Shown here piece after piece: positions 27,345-38,128 of a stretch of DNA of 64,000 nt. The notes beneath the pieces are model-generated. The model was not told the DNA's origin and ran no database searches. It saw nothing but the letters and a program-made list of their open reading frames with translations. Position numbers and translations under genes: made by a program. The DNA comes from a virus. Within the stretch, counting starts at the first letter, position 1. Each line of letters starts with the position of its first letter. The stretch lies in the IMG/VR virus record IMGVR_UViG_3300038701_001713; one strand, written 5' to 3'.

Positions 27345-28731
27345 TATCGAAAGGGTTTTTTACTTTTCCAGATTCTTCATTTATCAATTCTTCCGTAACT
27401 TCACCGCTAAACACCTCTTCTAATGGTCTTCCACCAAAGTAATTAGATTCCAACTGTATTTTATTGGCAGATGTCACTGGGGCAATTATATTATAACCCC
27501 CAGCAGAGCCTATGTTTCCGAACATTATATAGCTGTTATCGCCTAGCTTTATTACCTTATTAATGAATAATTTATGACTCCCTATCATGTCGGTAGGGGT
27601 AAGTGAAGTTATTTTTTTAGTCTTTTCAACCTCACCGTCCATTTCAGGCAAACCAGTGACAGGGTCTATTACTGGCACATCCCTAGGTGTGTCAGTGTAA
27701 ATCTCACCTTCTACATGTATACTAGCCCCTTTTTTAGGCAGCCCGTCCACCTGTTTTACAGTAGCGTCAGCAGACATAAGCCCGTCCACATCTTCAGTGT
27801 AGGATTTCAAAATATCCCTCATTTTACTACCTAAAAGGTTGGGTAGTGATGATATACCCCTCAACTCTTTCATGTCTTTAAAAGCTAAGTCGGAAACCTT
27901 TATATTGCCTAATTCTTTAGCGGATTCAGTAGACTTATCCTCTAAAAGGATTTTTTGGGTTTCTTTAGGTAGGGATATTACAAAATCCTGATATATAGCC
28001 TCTTCGGCATCAGCCCGTGAAATACCTTCTTTTAACTGTCTAGTTTCAACTTTTGCTTTGTATGATTCTGGATTGTCCTCAATTGATTTTTTCCAAGCGG
28101 TTTTAATTTGATTAGCTGTATTTTGTACGGTTCTAACACGTTGTTTTTCACCAGCCCCTAATTTTTCCTCACTAACATTCAGGTTTCGACCCTTCAATAA
28201 TATGTCAAACATATTTTTTTCAATATCAGCCCAAGGAGTTACTGGTTTTTCTATTACAGGTTTCTTTAAATCAAACTGGCTGCGTTCGTTTATTTTTAAA
28301 CCAGACCATTGCTCAACAGAATCTAAATACTCTTGGTGTTCTTCTGGGGTTAAATCTTCGCTTACTTCATCTAGGTAGGACATGTAGTTGTCGACATAAG
28401 TTTTGTGCTGCATTGAATCTTGGGCAGCTTGTGTTACTTCTCGTCTTATCTTACGGGCTTGTGGGCTGTCCACACCGTAGTCCATGGCTGTTTGGGTATA
28501 TCTTTCATACCCTTTAGTTATTGCCTCTTTATCGTTCTCCCAGTACTTATCTACATCTACTTTAGGAACCTCTGGTTTCTTGCGTAGTTTATCTATTTTA
28601 GCTGGTAATCCCTCACGCAACCTCTCTTCCCTAGCTAAAGCCCTTGGGTCATTATATATAGTAGCAGCACCAGTTCCACCTTTACCTTGTGGCACTAATC
28701 CAAATGCTGCTTGTGTTGTGGTTTGAGCCAT
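27334..28731 (-). CDS. internal virion/ejection protein
   Basis: 465 aa charged helical protein; synteny. Confidence 0.55.
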   Translation of the reverse strand: MAQTTTQAAFGLVPQGKGGTGAATIYNDPRALAREERLREGLPAKIDKLRKKPEVPKVDVDKYWENDKEAITKGYERYTQTAMDYGVDSPQARKIRREVTQAAQDSMQHKTYVDNYMSYLDEVSEDLTPEEHQEYLDSVEQWSGLKINERSQFDLKKPVIEKPVTPWADIEKNMFDILLKGRNLNVSEEKLGAGEKQRVRTVQNTANQIKTAWKKSIEDNPESYKAKVETRQLKEGISRADAEEAIYQDFVISLPKETQKILLEDKSTESAKELGNIKVSDLAFKDMKELRGISSLPNLLGSKMRDILKSYTEDVDGLMSADATVKQVDGLPKKGASIHVEGEIYTDTPRDVPVIDPVTGLPEMDGEVEKTKKITSLTPTDMIGSHKLFINKVIKLGDNSYIMFGNIGSAGGYNIIAPVTSANKIQLESNYFGGRPLEEVFSGEVTEELINEESGKVKNPFDSGR

Positions 28732-29393
28732 TATCCGAATAAATCTTCTGTGGTTGGATTTCCGCCACCACCACCATTTGTGGGTTGTGGTTTAGTTTTC
28801 ATATACCCTTCCAAAAAACCACTTGTTCCAGCACTAGCAGCACCAGTCATGTTTTGGATGGCTGTCATTCTATTTATATCACTAGCCTCCGTTAAAGCAC
28901 CAGCCGCCATCATAGCTCTTTCATATGGCTGCTGTTTGTTTATTAAGTACTCTTTCTCCTGTTGTGCGCCCATTGTTGTTGCTAAATAATTAGCTAAGTT
29001 GCCTTGGTTTTGTTGTTGGAATTGAGCAGCTTGTATGCCAATATTTTGTAATTGGTCTTGTGTGGTTTGACCCGCTGATGTAATTGCGGCTAAGGCACTA
29101 GCTGGGTCTTGTGCTGTTTGTTGAATAGCGTTAGTGGTTCCAGCGAACTGCTCACCCATCCTACCTTCTAACTGGCTTTGTCCAGCAAAACGTGATTGAG
29201 CTAAAGCCCTCATTATAGATAAACTATCTTGGTAGGCCTGTGGAGTGCTGTATGTTGGAAACTCGGTTTCATTAAGTATTTCCTCGGCTTGTTTACGTTG
29301 CTTATTAGCTTGGCGCATTTGCATACCGCCAGATATAAGACCTCCAATTAAGTCTACACCAGCACCGATTCCAGCAGATATAGGTTCTATCAT
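28731..29393 (-). CDS. internal virion/ejection protein (pilot-like)
   Basis: N-terminal IGAGVDLIGGLISGG Gly-rich segment, Q/A-rich. Confidence 0.6.
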   Translation of the reverse strand: MIEPISAGIGAGVDLIGGLISGGMQMRQANKQRKQAEEILNETEFPTYSTPQAYQDSLSIMRALAQSRFAGQSQLEGRMGEQFAGTTNAIQQTAQDPASALAAITSAGQTTQDQLQNIGIQAAQFQQQNQGNLANYLATTMGAQQEKEYLINKQQPYERAMMAAGALTEASDINRMTAIQNMTGAASAGTSGFLEGYMKTKPQPTNGGGGGNPTTEDLFG

Positions 29394-32300
29394 GTTGTTA
29401 TTTGACTAAGTGCTTGAAATATTTCTGCCATTCGCAAAAATGTTTTATTCGTATCGTTATTGGTAAGTTCTACCTCCATTGTTTCTCCTCTCAATCTTCT
29501 TCCTCTCAATAACTTTTCCAGTTCTGTTACTAAGTTTGGGTTAGGGTCGTTTATATCCCTCCTAAAATCAGCCCACCAATCACCTTCTTCTAGTTTAAAG
29601 TTACCGCTTTTTACCCTCGATAACATTCCAGTTGGATAACTGCTGTTTGGTGGTATTATTATTTCTGAACAACTCCAAACACTTCCAGCTATTTCCCTTA
29701 TCCCCCAAAAGGTTTTATTAGCAACAGACTTACTTACAAAACGTAATATACTGCTATACTGTTCCCCATAGAAGTTATTGTATGTATTATTGGTGTCGTG
29801 CAACCATAACTCACCATCTTTAAATGATACGATGTTCTCTCCTAATGCTGAATATTGTTCGGGGGAGAAAGAGTAGAATGTAGTCCACTTCTTCTTAGGC
29901 TCACAATAAGCTAGGGTTGATTTTGATATAAGTGTTACAGATGTTCCTTCTACTGGAATTGAAGCTAAAGTTGATATAGATGTGTCACTGACTATTTCTG
30001 CTGGAATTAGTTTTACACCATCATCTATAAACAATGGGGTTTTCAACTGTCCTGAAAAACTGGATAGTTGGTATATGATTCTATCACCGTCAATTTCAGC
30101 ATCGGATAGTGTTGCTGTTCCGAGGTCGTCTTCGATGGTGATAATATACTCTTCGTGGTAATCGTCATATACAGATACTGCGGTTCTTGGGTTGAGTTTG
30201 TCAAAATAATTCTTAGCGTTTAAGTCACTTATTGGGAATAACTTATTTACTGAATAAGCTATCACCTTTTTTCTATTGGCATCCAAATAATATACTCTAT
30301 CATCCTCTTGGCTTACCGATTCAGGGTGTTGTGTGCCATAATCTCCTTGTAGAGTGTTTAGGTCACCTAACACAGAACTAGCGTATGATATTATTTGATT
30401 AGCATCCGAGTAGTTAGCTACTCTTCTATTTAAGTAGTATGTGCCTGTTTTTTGAGAATGGATTACAAGAAGGACTTGTGTTTGGGTGTCGTCATTCGTT
30501 AATATCGTTTTAGATATGTACCCATGGTCTCTTGGAGTTTCCTGTACGTTGGCTGGTTCAAATGAATTTATGCCATTGATTAATGCGCCTGTTGTGTACA
30601 CATTGGAAAACCTAGTAGCATTTGTTCTCAATAACCTTCCAAAATCCTCACCCTCTATATTTATTCTTCCGAAATCCTCTACTACACTTGGGAAAAAGTC
30701 ACTAGCTTCTGGGTCTTCCACAAATGAAACAAACGAACCAACACCAGCAACAGGAACCACTCTATTCCTTCTATAAGCACCTCCTGTGTTTACAGTAACG
30801 GAAGTAACAGCGGAACCGTCAATTATATAGTTTCCAAATTGATTTACCTCTATACATAAAGGTATTTCGTATATTGCTGGGTTTTCTTCTGTTAATCTAG
30901 GGGAGTACACTTCTATCAAAACCCCTGATTCAAGAACACCTAAATCCTCCAGTGCATCAATAACTATGTAACCATTAACCTCTCTTTTAATTGGCAACTC
31001 TATCGTGCTGAATAACTCTCCAGTTGATTTACGGATAAACTTAATCCTATCACCTTCCGTAAAAGCGTATCCTTTATTGGAGCCAGAATTGTAATCTTTA
31101 TAACTTTGTAGTGCTTCCGTTATATTCAGCCATATTTCCGTGGCTGTTGATGTTTCGGGAGACACCTCAAATATTACATCATTATTCTCATCATAATAGT
31201 CTACGTATTTAATGTCAGAAATAGGTATTTGAATAAAGTTGGATTGTCTGTTGAGGTCTGGAGTTCGTAATATTCTGGCGCCCGTAAAACCTTGGGTGTT
31301 GTTTATTACCCCAAGATTTATAGTTGCATTAAATACTCCGTCACCCACTACAGTACCTTGATATGTATCGGTGAAATACGGTATATCTGTTGAGCCGATA
31401 AACTTAGGTTGATGCTGTCTATTCACCTCATCGTGGTGGACTATGTACCAATTATATTTTCCACCCAACTTAAGCTGATTAGTAAACACGAAATCCGCTA
31501 TTGTTGCGTTTATAGTGCCTAAGTTGAAAGGATTGGTTGGGTTAAACCCACTTAAACCAATAGGGGTTATTTGAGGGGTGTTTTCATAAAAACTGTTGTT
31601 AGAGAAGGTAATTTTGCAATTAAGGGTTGTTTGTAGATAAATGGAATCTAACACCCTTTTAACCCCAGAAGTGATGTCTATGTTGTCAGAGTATATTAGT
31701 ATTTTAAAGTTACCATTAGCATCAGACAACTCTTGTCTCCCATTTCTTTCGTAAAGAACAGAAACATCAGGCACCCCATCACCATTACTATCTACTACCC
31801 TACCCTCAATAAAAGTAGAATTTTCGTTTCTGTAATCGGGACCATCTAAAAAACCTGCTATTTGGACGGCTTTATTACCAAATTCATTAGATAAACCAAT
31901 ATTATCGGTTAATAAAGACGATTTATTATCATATATATCTAACAATATAGATTCTGTAGATAAATAATAATTCCCACCGCCAATTTTGGTGTTTTGCTTG
32001 TCGTAAAAAAAGGGAGGTAGAACAGCAACGAATAATGGGTTAATGGCGTATGCGAAGTAACCATTGTGGTCGGTGTATGGGCCTAGTGGGGGGCTTGGTG
32101 GGGCGTCTACCCCTACTAAAACAAGTTCTGCGTTTGGAGATTGTGATATTTCTTCAATACTAGTAAGACCTAGCGAGTCAAATAAATAACCTGACAAAGC
32201 CCCACCTGTGCCAGCATCATATACAGCTAAGTCATCTACAAGAAATTGACCTATTTGGCAAATATTATTAGAAGCTACACCCTGAACTAAAACACCTAAA

Positions 32301-34231
32301 TAACAAGATACCGTAAAATTACCGTTACTATCTATCTCTACGGTTACCTCTTTTACATTTTCGACATCATTAGCGTTAGTCAAAGGTGAGGTTGGTATGT
32401 TGTCGACATAGATTCCATCTCCACTATTGTAAAACCTTAAATTTCCGCTTGTTTTATGCCAAGCCCTTCCGTTGTTAATATCGTACATACTACCGTAGCC
32501 CAAAACATCGCCATATGATATTAATGGAGAAGCCATTCTCACAACATATTTTCCAGCAGGTACGTTTTTTATTGAAAAAACAGAAAAGAAATCACCGCCA
32601 GAATTTATGTAATCTGCCACATCATCTATCTCATCTTGGGTGGATGTCAACACTGCGCCGCCATCGTTTTGTAATACAGTTGCTTGGTTTTGTTTAGAGG
32701 TTGCAAAATAATCTGTTCCAGCTAAGTAAAATGTAAATCCATTTAACGGAATCCATTGTTTTAATCTAGTGCCTATATCATCACTAAAGTTTGTGCCGAA
32801 CCGCCCTCCCCAATAACTATTGGTTTCTGAATCACTGTCTGGCCCATTATTACCTATATAACCCGACCTTCCAGCATCATCAACAACCCTACCCGAGCCG
32901 AAAAAGGCAGGGTTGTAAATTCTAACCAACCCCTCTAATGTAAACCTAGGTTCGTTGTTTGGGGTAAGGTTAATATCAACCGAATAATCTTCACATGGTT
33001 TTTCGTAGTTTTCCACACCATTTGAATACATTATCCTGTTATCAGCAAACTCTTGACATATAGAGTATTTGTTATCTGTTGGCTCTATAAATATATTATC
33101 CCATTGCCTTTGCTCTAAGGTTGGTTCTACTGCCCTACGCTGTTCGTTGTTGTAGAAGTTATAAGTGTTGGATGTAAAGTTTGAGGTCCAGAAATCTTTC
33201 TTTTCGATTGTTTGTACGATAAAAGAAGTACCGTCATTCTGCTCTCTTACAATTATATTTACCGACTTGATGTCGGCTAGGTCGTCTGCGTTATTTAATC
33301 TATCCTCTGTGTAGTCAACCTCTAAGTAGTTGCCTCTTTTACAAACATCAAAAGATATGTCCGACCATGGGGCTAGTGTAGATTTTTGATTATCCTCAAA
33401 AACCAATTGAGTAGTGAATTGGAATATCTTATCTTCTATTAGATTAGATGAAAATTCCGTATCGTTTTTTATGCTTACTGTAGGCGGGCAGTTTTTAGGG
33501 TATCTAGCTGCATCTACCTGATACTCTTTTATTTCTGTGTAGAAGTTTTCAGCAACCAGTATAGCATTAGCCGCTGTTTCTTCTATAATGTATTCGTTTA
33601 CGTCATCAAACTCCAGTTCTACATATCCATCACAAACACTAGCCGTTATATACTGTGATAATAACGATGTGTTTATATTAGTTGCCAACGTATCTGCGTC
33701 TGCTCCTGATAATGTCACTCCAGCTAAGACAGTTGTGCCGTCTAGTACTCTTATTTGCCCATTAAAGTTGCCTATTTGGTAGAGGTTATACTTACGCTGC
33801 TTATTATCTAAACACTTGTTAATATCTATCTTCCTAGGCTTGCTATCCGTCCATAGTAAATATTTATTGTCTACTATGTTTATGTGGTTTATCTTTGTTT
33901 TATCCCACCCGAAATCAAACTCTATTACTCTTTCAATAGTGCCGTTTAAATATCTTCTCCATTGATGTTGGGAGTTGGAGTTGTACACTGCATAATATAC
34001 CGAGTTATCTTGCTTGTTTTCGTACTCTCCTATGACTATATTCTGACCAGATGGTTGTACGTAAGGTGATAATGTGTTTCCTTTTACGTTAGTTACCTCA
34101 TTGAACGATTGACCTTCCCCTATACCATTCCTTACGTTAAGTGCGCTTATATAGTCATCTTCCGCTATTAAATAGCGAGAGTTGTCCATATCCATTCCCC
34201 CAGTAAAAATATTCTTCTGGCCTTGCTTCAT
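29390..34231 (-). CDS. tail stabilisation/muzzle protein (P22 gp10/crAss-like)
   Basis: FTGGMDMD...YISALNVR N-terminus, WTTFYSF..E, SFKDGELWLH C-terminus. Confidence 0.75.
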   Translation of the reverse strand: MKQGQKNIFTGGMDMDNSRYLIAEDDYISALNVRNGIGEGQSFNEVTNVKGNTLSPYVQPSGQNIVIGEYENKQDNSVYYAVYNSNSQHQWRRYLNGTIERVIEFDFGWDKTKINHINIVDNKYLLWTDSKPRKIDINKCLDNKQRKYNLYQIGNFNGQIRVLDGTTVLAGVTLSGADADTLATNINTSLLSQYITASVCDGYVELEFDDVNEYIIEETAANAILVAENFYTEIKEYQVDAARYPKNCPPTVSIKNDTEFSSNLIEDKIFQFTTQLVFEDNQKSTLAPWSDISFDVCKRGNYLEVDYTEDRLNNADDLADIKSVNIIVREQNDGTSFIVQTIEKKDFWTSNFTSNTYNFYNNEQRRAVEPTLEQRQWDNIFIEPTDNKYSICQEFADNRIMYSNGVENYEKPCEDYSVDINLTPNNEPRFTLEGLVRIYNPAFFGSGRVVDDAGRSGYIGNNGPDSDSETNSYWGGRFGTNFSDDIGTRLKQWIPLNGFTFYLAGTDYFATSKQNQATVLQNDGGAVLTSTQDEIDDVADYINSGGDFFSVFSIKNVPAGKYVVRMASPLISYGDVLGYGSMYDINNGRAWHKTSGNLRFYNSGDGIYVDNIPTSPLTNANDVENVKEVTVEIDSNGNFTVSCYLGVLVQGVASNNICQIGQFLVDDLAVYDAGTGGALSGYLFDSLGLTSIEEISQSPNAELVLVGVDAPPSPPLGPYTDHNGYFAYAINPLFVAVLPPFFYDKQNTKIGGGNYYLSTESILLDIYDNKSSLLTDNIGLSNEFGNKAVQIAGFLDGPDYRNENSTFIEGRVVDSNGDGVPDVSVLYERNGRQELSDANGNFKILIYSDNIDITSGVKRVLDSIYLQTTLNCKITFSNNSFYENTPQITPIGLSGFNPTNPFNLGTINATIADFVFTNQLKLGGKYNWYIVHHDEVNRQHQPKFIGSTDIPYFTDTYQGTVVGDGVFNATINLGVINNTQGFTGARILRTPDLNRQSNFIQIPISDIKYVDYYDENNDVIFEVSPETSTATEIWLNITEALQSYKDYNSGSNKGYAFTEGDRIKFIRKSTGELFSTIELPIKREVNGYIVIDALEDLGVLESGVLIEVYSPRLTEENPAIYEIPLCIEVNQFGNYIIDGSAVTSVTVNTGGAYRRNRVVPVAGVGSFVSFVEDPEASDFFPSVVEDFGRINIEGEDFGRLLRTNATRFSNVYTTGALINGINSFEPANVQETPRDHGYISKTILTNDDTQTQVLLVIHSQKTGTYYLNRRVANYSDANQIISYASSVLGDLNTLQGDYGTQHPESVSQEDDRVYYLDANRKKVIAYSVNKLFPISDLNAKNYFDKLNPRTAVSVYDDYHEEYIITIEDDLGTATLSDAEIDGDRIIYQLSSFSGQLKTPLFIDDGVKLIPAEIVSDTSISTLASIPVEGTSVTLISKSTLAYCEPKKKWTTFYSFSPEQYSALGENIVSFKDGELWLHDTNNTYNNFYGEQYSSILRFVSKSVANKTFWGIREIAGSVWSCSEIIIPPNSSYPTGMLSRVKSGNFKLEEGDWWADFRRDINDPNPNLVTELEKLLRGRRLRGETMEVELTNNDTNKTFLRMAEIFQALSQITT

Positions 34232-34947
34232 CGCTTAAGGGCGTTGGTGTTTTTCAATATTAAGTCGTGCCATTCAGTTATGTTGTGAGATACCCATAAA
34301 GCAACTGCTTTTTTTCGCTCACCTAAAGCCCAAGCCCTATACTGCGCTGCCGAATTAGTGTCGCGCCTAGACATGTATTGGCAACTTACCGCATAAAACC
34401 TTAGATAAGCCTGTGCTTCGGAAGGAACATGGGTAACACCTCCACTAGAAGCGGGGTCGGCTCGGTATTCTATAACAACTTCATCTTCGGAGCCAACATT
34501 GGTAAAATAAAACTCTTGGGTTTTGCGGTTGTATTTGTAAAATCCACCTCTACTAGCCCTATCACCCATCCAGTATTGCTCACCAAACCTAATATCGTTA
34601 CCATCCCAATTATAAAAACAAGGGTCTGCATAAGAAGATGTTTCATCACACCCGCAAGTGTCTGGCTCGCATAAATCTTCATTCAAACCCATCTCTATCA
34701 ACACTCCGTTTCTACAAACACCTATCTTAGTGTATGTGACCATATCTTTTGGGGCTGGTATTACACCATTACCTCCAGTAAATGAAGTTGATTTTACGGT
34801 TAACTTATCTGCCTCTGGGAGAAAGTGGGTGTATAAGTCACTCATGCCCTGATTGACAAATGCAACCATGCTTTCATAATATGACTTTGATGTATCCCCT
34901 ATTAACAAACAGGCATCTTGTACTACTTTATCAATTGGGACTAGCAT
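34228..34947 (-). CDS. tail ring/adaptor protein
   Basis: Synteny and size match crAss-like ring proteins. Confidence 0.55.
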   Translation of the reverse strand: MLVPIDKVVQDACLLIGDTSKSYYESMVAFVNQGMSDLYTHFLPEADKLTVKSTSFTGGNGVIPAPKDMVTYTKIGVCRNGVLIEMGLNEDLCEPDTCGCDETSSYADPCFYNWDGNDIRFGEQYWMGDRASRGGFYKYNRKTQEFYFTNVGSEDEVVIEYRADPASSGGVTHVPSEAQAYLRFYAVSCQYMSRRDTNSAAQYRAWALGERKKAVALWVSHNITEWHDLILKNTNALKR

Positions 34948-35542
34948 TGTTGTTTGTTATGTCTTCTGGAATTTGTAATTGCTGGAAGAAGTGTTGAAAA
35001 ACAATCTCCATTAATCGCACCTCTTGGGAAGCTGGAACAGGTAATTCACTATTGCCATCTAAGTCTTCCACACTTGCTATTAAAAACACCCTTAATTTAT
35101 CTACTAGGTTGGATAGTTTTTCCAACTCTATTTTATTACCTACTAAAGTGTATGTAGTGGAAAAGGAATTGGCGTAATACCTGTTGTGACCCCTGCTTGT
35201 TACTGTTTGTTCTTGTATCTCGAAATTACCCTTTAACGAAGTAATAGCTCTTATTCCCCTGTTTTTAGGTAGCGATATTACCGATGATGGAAGTTGTAGG
35301 TATTGTACACCATGGGTGTCAGTTAAAACATCTAACTCGTAAACAGTTAGGAAATCATCTGGTATTGATGCTATTCCTTCTGTGTTTCTAGTTATAAAGT
35401 ATTGTTCGGCTATTACGTTGTTGATAGCTATTGGTAGATAAGCCTTAATATCCTCATCACGTATTTCTCTTGAGGAGTCTTGGTTATCTATACCACCCTG
35501 TAGTTTTTGGGAAGCCAGCTTTACGAATACATCTACCTTCAT
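34931..35542 (-). CDS. tail ring/adaptor protein
   Basis: YLQLPSSVISLP motif; synteny. Confidence 0.55.
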   Translation of the reverse strand: MKVDVFVKLASQKLQGGIDNQDSSREIRDEDIKAYLPIAINNVIAEQYFITRNTEGIASIPDDFLTVYELDVLTDTHGVQYLQLPSSVISLPKNRGIRAITSLKGNFEIQEQTVTSRGHNRYYANSFSTTYTLVGNKIELEKLSNLVDKLRVFLIASVEDLDGNSELPVPASQEVRLMEIVFQHFFQQLQIPEDITNNNASPN

Positions 35543-35561
35543 GTCTTATATAACACACTTT

Positions 35562-36242
35562 TTAATTATTTAGTGCTGATTTTGCCATTGCGTATTCAAC
35601 TACTTGGGAATCCTTTATTTCAACGCCACTCATAAACATTATAAGATTGGCTAGGTTTTGGGTTTCTTGCTGACCCCACTCTAAATCAGTGGAGGTATTA
35701 GCGTCATAATTTTCAAAATCACCATCAGCAGTGCTTACCAATGTAGTAGAGTATAAACCGTATTGAGGTTGTCTAAAGTAGCGGAATATAACACTCTTGG
35801 TTTCTATTGGGTAAACGTATAAGTCCTTACCTATAAAAGTGTGTCTTACTATTTTCTTGGGTAGGGATGGTTTTCTTATTGGGTTGGATAGCGTATCGAA
35901 TACCTCATTTACCTGCATGTAGTCTACTGGTATGTCTTCTACTATCGGGTCTCCGCAGTCTTGGTTCTTTATCCATCTATAACCTACGGTCGCTCTATGC
36001 CAATAATTAGATGGCAAAGGGCTTACTCCGTTGGTTAAATTGAGGTTGGTCGTTACTAAGAAAGGAACAATAGCATCAACTATTTTTTGAGATTGCTCAA
36101 ATTGCTGGTAATAAAACTCGAATAAAGTTTGTTCTGCTGCTTGGAGCATCCTATTAAACTCATCAGTAGTTCGCCAACCCGCTTGGTCTTTCGCTAATAG
36201 GTCTTTAGTGAAATCATGTAAGTATTGTACACTAATCGGCAT
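35562..36242 (-). CDS. tail ring/adaptor (tail tubular A-like) protein
   Basis: DEFNRML..AE, LPSNYWH, VYP...YFRQP motifs. Confidence 0.6.
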   Translation of the reverse strand: MPISVQYLHDFTKDLLAKDQAGWRTTDEFNRMLQAAEQTLFEFYYQQFEQSQKIVDAIVPFLVTTNLNLTNGVSPLPSNYWHRATVGYRWIKNQDCGDPIVEDIPVDYMQVNEVFDTLSNPIRKPSLPKKIVRHTFIGKDLYVYPIETKSVIFRYFRQPQYGLYSTTLVSTADGDFENYDANTSTDLEWGQQETQNLANLIMFMSGVEIKDSQVVEYAMAKSALNN

Positions 36243-38128
36243 TACGAGTGTTTAGAGTCGATACCTATAATTGCAGCTTGCCAGTCTAAATTTTTATTAG
36301 CTTCGCCAGTTGCTGTAATACTTACTGATTCGTTAGTATCATCTGCTGTGATTACTATAGTAGCACCCAATGCGGCATCATTAGCATATGTCTGTGGGGT
36401 GGCTGAACCCGTTCCAGCATCTGTCCAGTAAGTAGGTGTGCCTAACAAACTAGTGGCGCTTCCTACACGCTTAATGCAAAAACTTATTTCCCAAGCTGCT
36501 GCGTCCCCCGCTGTTCCAGATGAGCCGCCAGTTTGATAACATGTCGCCTCTACTTTACACTTAAACATTCCTTCTGATGGAATAGATATTGTACCTGTTC
36601 CTGTGCCACCTATCTCTAAAGTAGCTGGAGTAGCGTCTGTTGTTGATTTAAAAGCGGTTATACCAGAAAGTTGTGCGTATGTAGATGCGTTTCCTGTATC
36701 TTGTTTTCCACTAGACAATGACCATTGTGCTGTTCTTGTCGGTTGAGCATACTCACCAAATGCACTAGATTTATCTCCAGAAGGACTATTGTTGCTGTTG
36801 GTTGCAAATGTATCTGAACCTGTAGATGTGTTGTTTCTTCCTGTTAAGGTTTGACCTGTACTACTTGCGTCTGAAACATTAGTGAAACCCGTAACAAAAT
36901 CATACTCACCTAACGCTTGGTTGGATTGACCGCCCCAAGCAGCAGACCTGTTTCCGCTTGCCGTGTTGCTTCGTCCACCAGCCATAGCATAAACCCCTGT
37001 TGAGCTACAGTTAGAACCTGCCGCAAATCCTGACTGGGTTACCGTGCAGCTATCTCCATGAACATTACCACCCGCTGACCCGCTTATTGTGTTGTTAGAG
37101 CCGTTAACGTGTGAGGTGTCCGCAGAAACAGTGTTATTAGTACCTGTTGCTGTGGAGTTTGCTCCAGTTACAGTGTTAGCTGTAGGTGAGCTATTACTCT
37201 CATCGTATTGCTCTAAAGAATTAGTGCCTGAATCTACATTAAGGGTAAACGTACCTGCTCCATTTCGATTATAGGTTACGTTAGAGTTACCTGTGTCTTG
37301 GGTTAACGATTTTATATCATTACCATCCCCTCCGACTATACTATCATCTGCTGAACAATCAAGTAAAGCAGGGTCTCCACTTGCGTCACCAACTATTGTG
37401 TTTCCCCTAGTTATACCTTGAAGTTTAGCTAAAGTTACACTGTTGTCTTGTAGAAAGGCTGTTTCCACCCAAGACGTAGTAGTTGCGTTTTGGGTGACTA
37501 CTGATTGCCAAGTAGTCCCGTCATATATAGCTGTTACAACCAAGTCTCCAGCTAATGCTTGGGATGATGTTAGTTGTTGTCCAAATATTGTTACAGTATT
37601 CGCACCTACAGTAAGTGTTGATGTGTATATTACCGTAAATTTATCTCCAGCAACGGGGGTTCCCGAACCTTGAACGGTCCAACTAGAACTTAAGGTTGCG
37701 CTGCCGTCTAATACTTGAGTGTTCTCACTTGTGTCTGGGTTAAGGTTTAATGTACCCCCACCAGATGTTAAAGTGGTTGTCTCGACTCCAGATAATAGGT
37801 TTACACCAGAAAGGTCGTTAATTACAACAATATCCCAACTAGAGCCATTATAAGTGGCTTCTATAATACCATCTTTATTAACCTCTTGTTGCTTCATGGC
37901 CCTACCTAGAACCGTTACTGTTTCACCGTTCAAAGTAACAGATGCAGCCCACAGTATTCGGATTACGGTGTTTATAACAGATGTTCCAGTGGTGTCTATT
38001 GTGTATCCACTGGTTAACGTTGCTGTTCCATCTACTACATATAAACTATCCGAACTAGATAAGTCTATCGTATCAGTACCACCACCGTTAACTACGGTAT
38101 ATCTTCGTGTAAGTTGGTTCTTAGGCAT
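36242..38128 (-). CDS. tail fibre/spike with YadA-head-like beta-roll repeats
   Basis: Duplicated N-terminal domain of about 100 aa; about 14-aa S/G/N/T repeats (NTASGNRSAAWGG). Confidence 0.7.
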   Translation of the reverse strand: MPKNQLTRRYTVVNGGGTDTIDLSSSDSLYVVDGTATLTSGYTIDTTGTSVINTVIRILWAASVTLNGETVTVLGRAMKQQEVNKDGIIEATYNGSSWDIVVINDLSGVNLLSGVETTTLTSGGGTLNLNPDTSENTQVLDGSATLSSSWTVQGSGTPVAGDKFTVIYTSTLTVGANTVTIFGQQLTSSQALAGDLVVTAIYDGTTWQSVVTQNATTTSWVETAFLQDNSVTLAKLQGITRGNTIVGDASGDPALLDCSADDSIVGGDGNDIKSLTQDTGNSNVTYNRNGAGTFTLNVDSGTNSLEQYDESNSSPTANTVTGANSTATGTNNTVSADTSHVNGSNNTISGSAGGNVHGDSCTVTQSGFAAGSNCSSTGVYAMAGGRSNTASGNRSAAWGGQSNQALGEYDFVTGFTNVSDASSTGQTLTGRNNTSTGSDTFATNSNNSPSGDKSSAFGEYAQPTRTAQWSLSSGKQDTGNASTYAQLSGITAFKSTTDATPATLEIGGTGTGTISIPSEGMFKCKVEATCYQTGGSSGTAGDAAAWEISFCIKRVGSATSLLGTPTYWTDAGTGSATPQTYANDAALGATIVITADDTNESVSITATGEANKNLDWQAAIIGIDSKHS

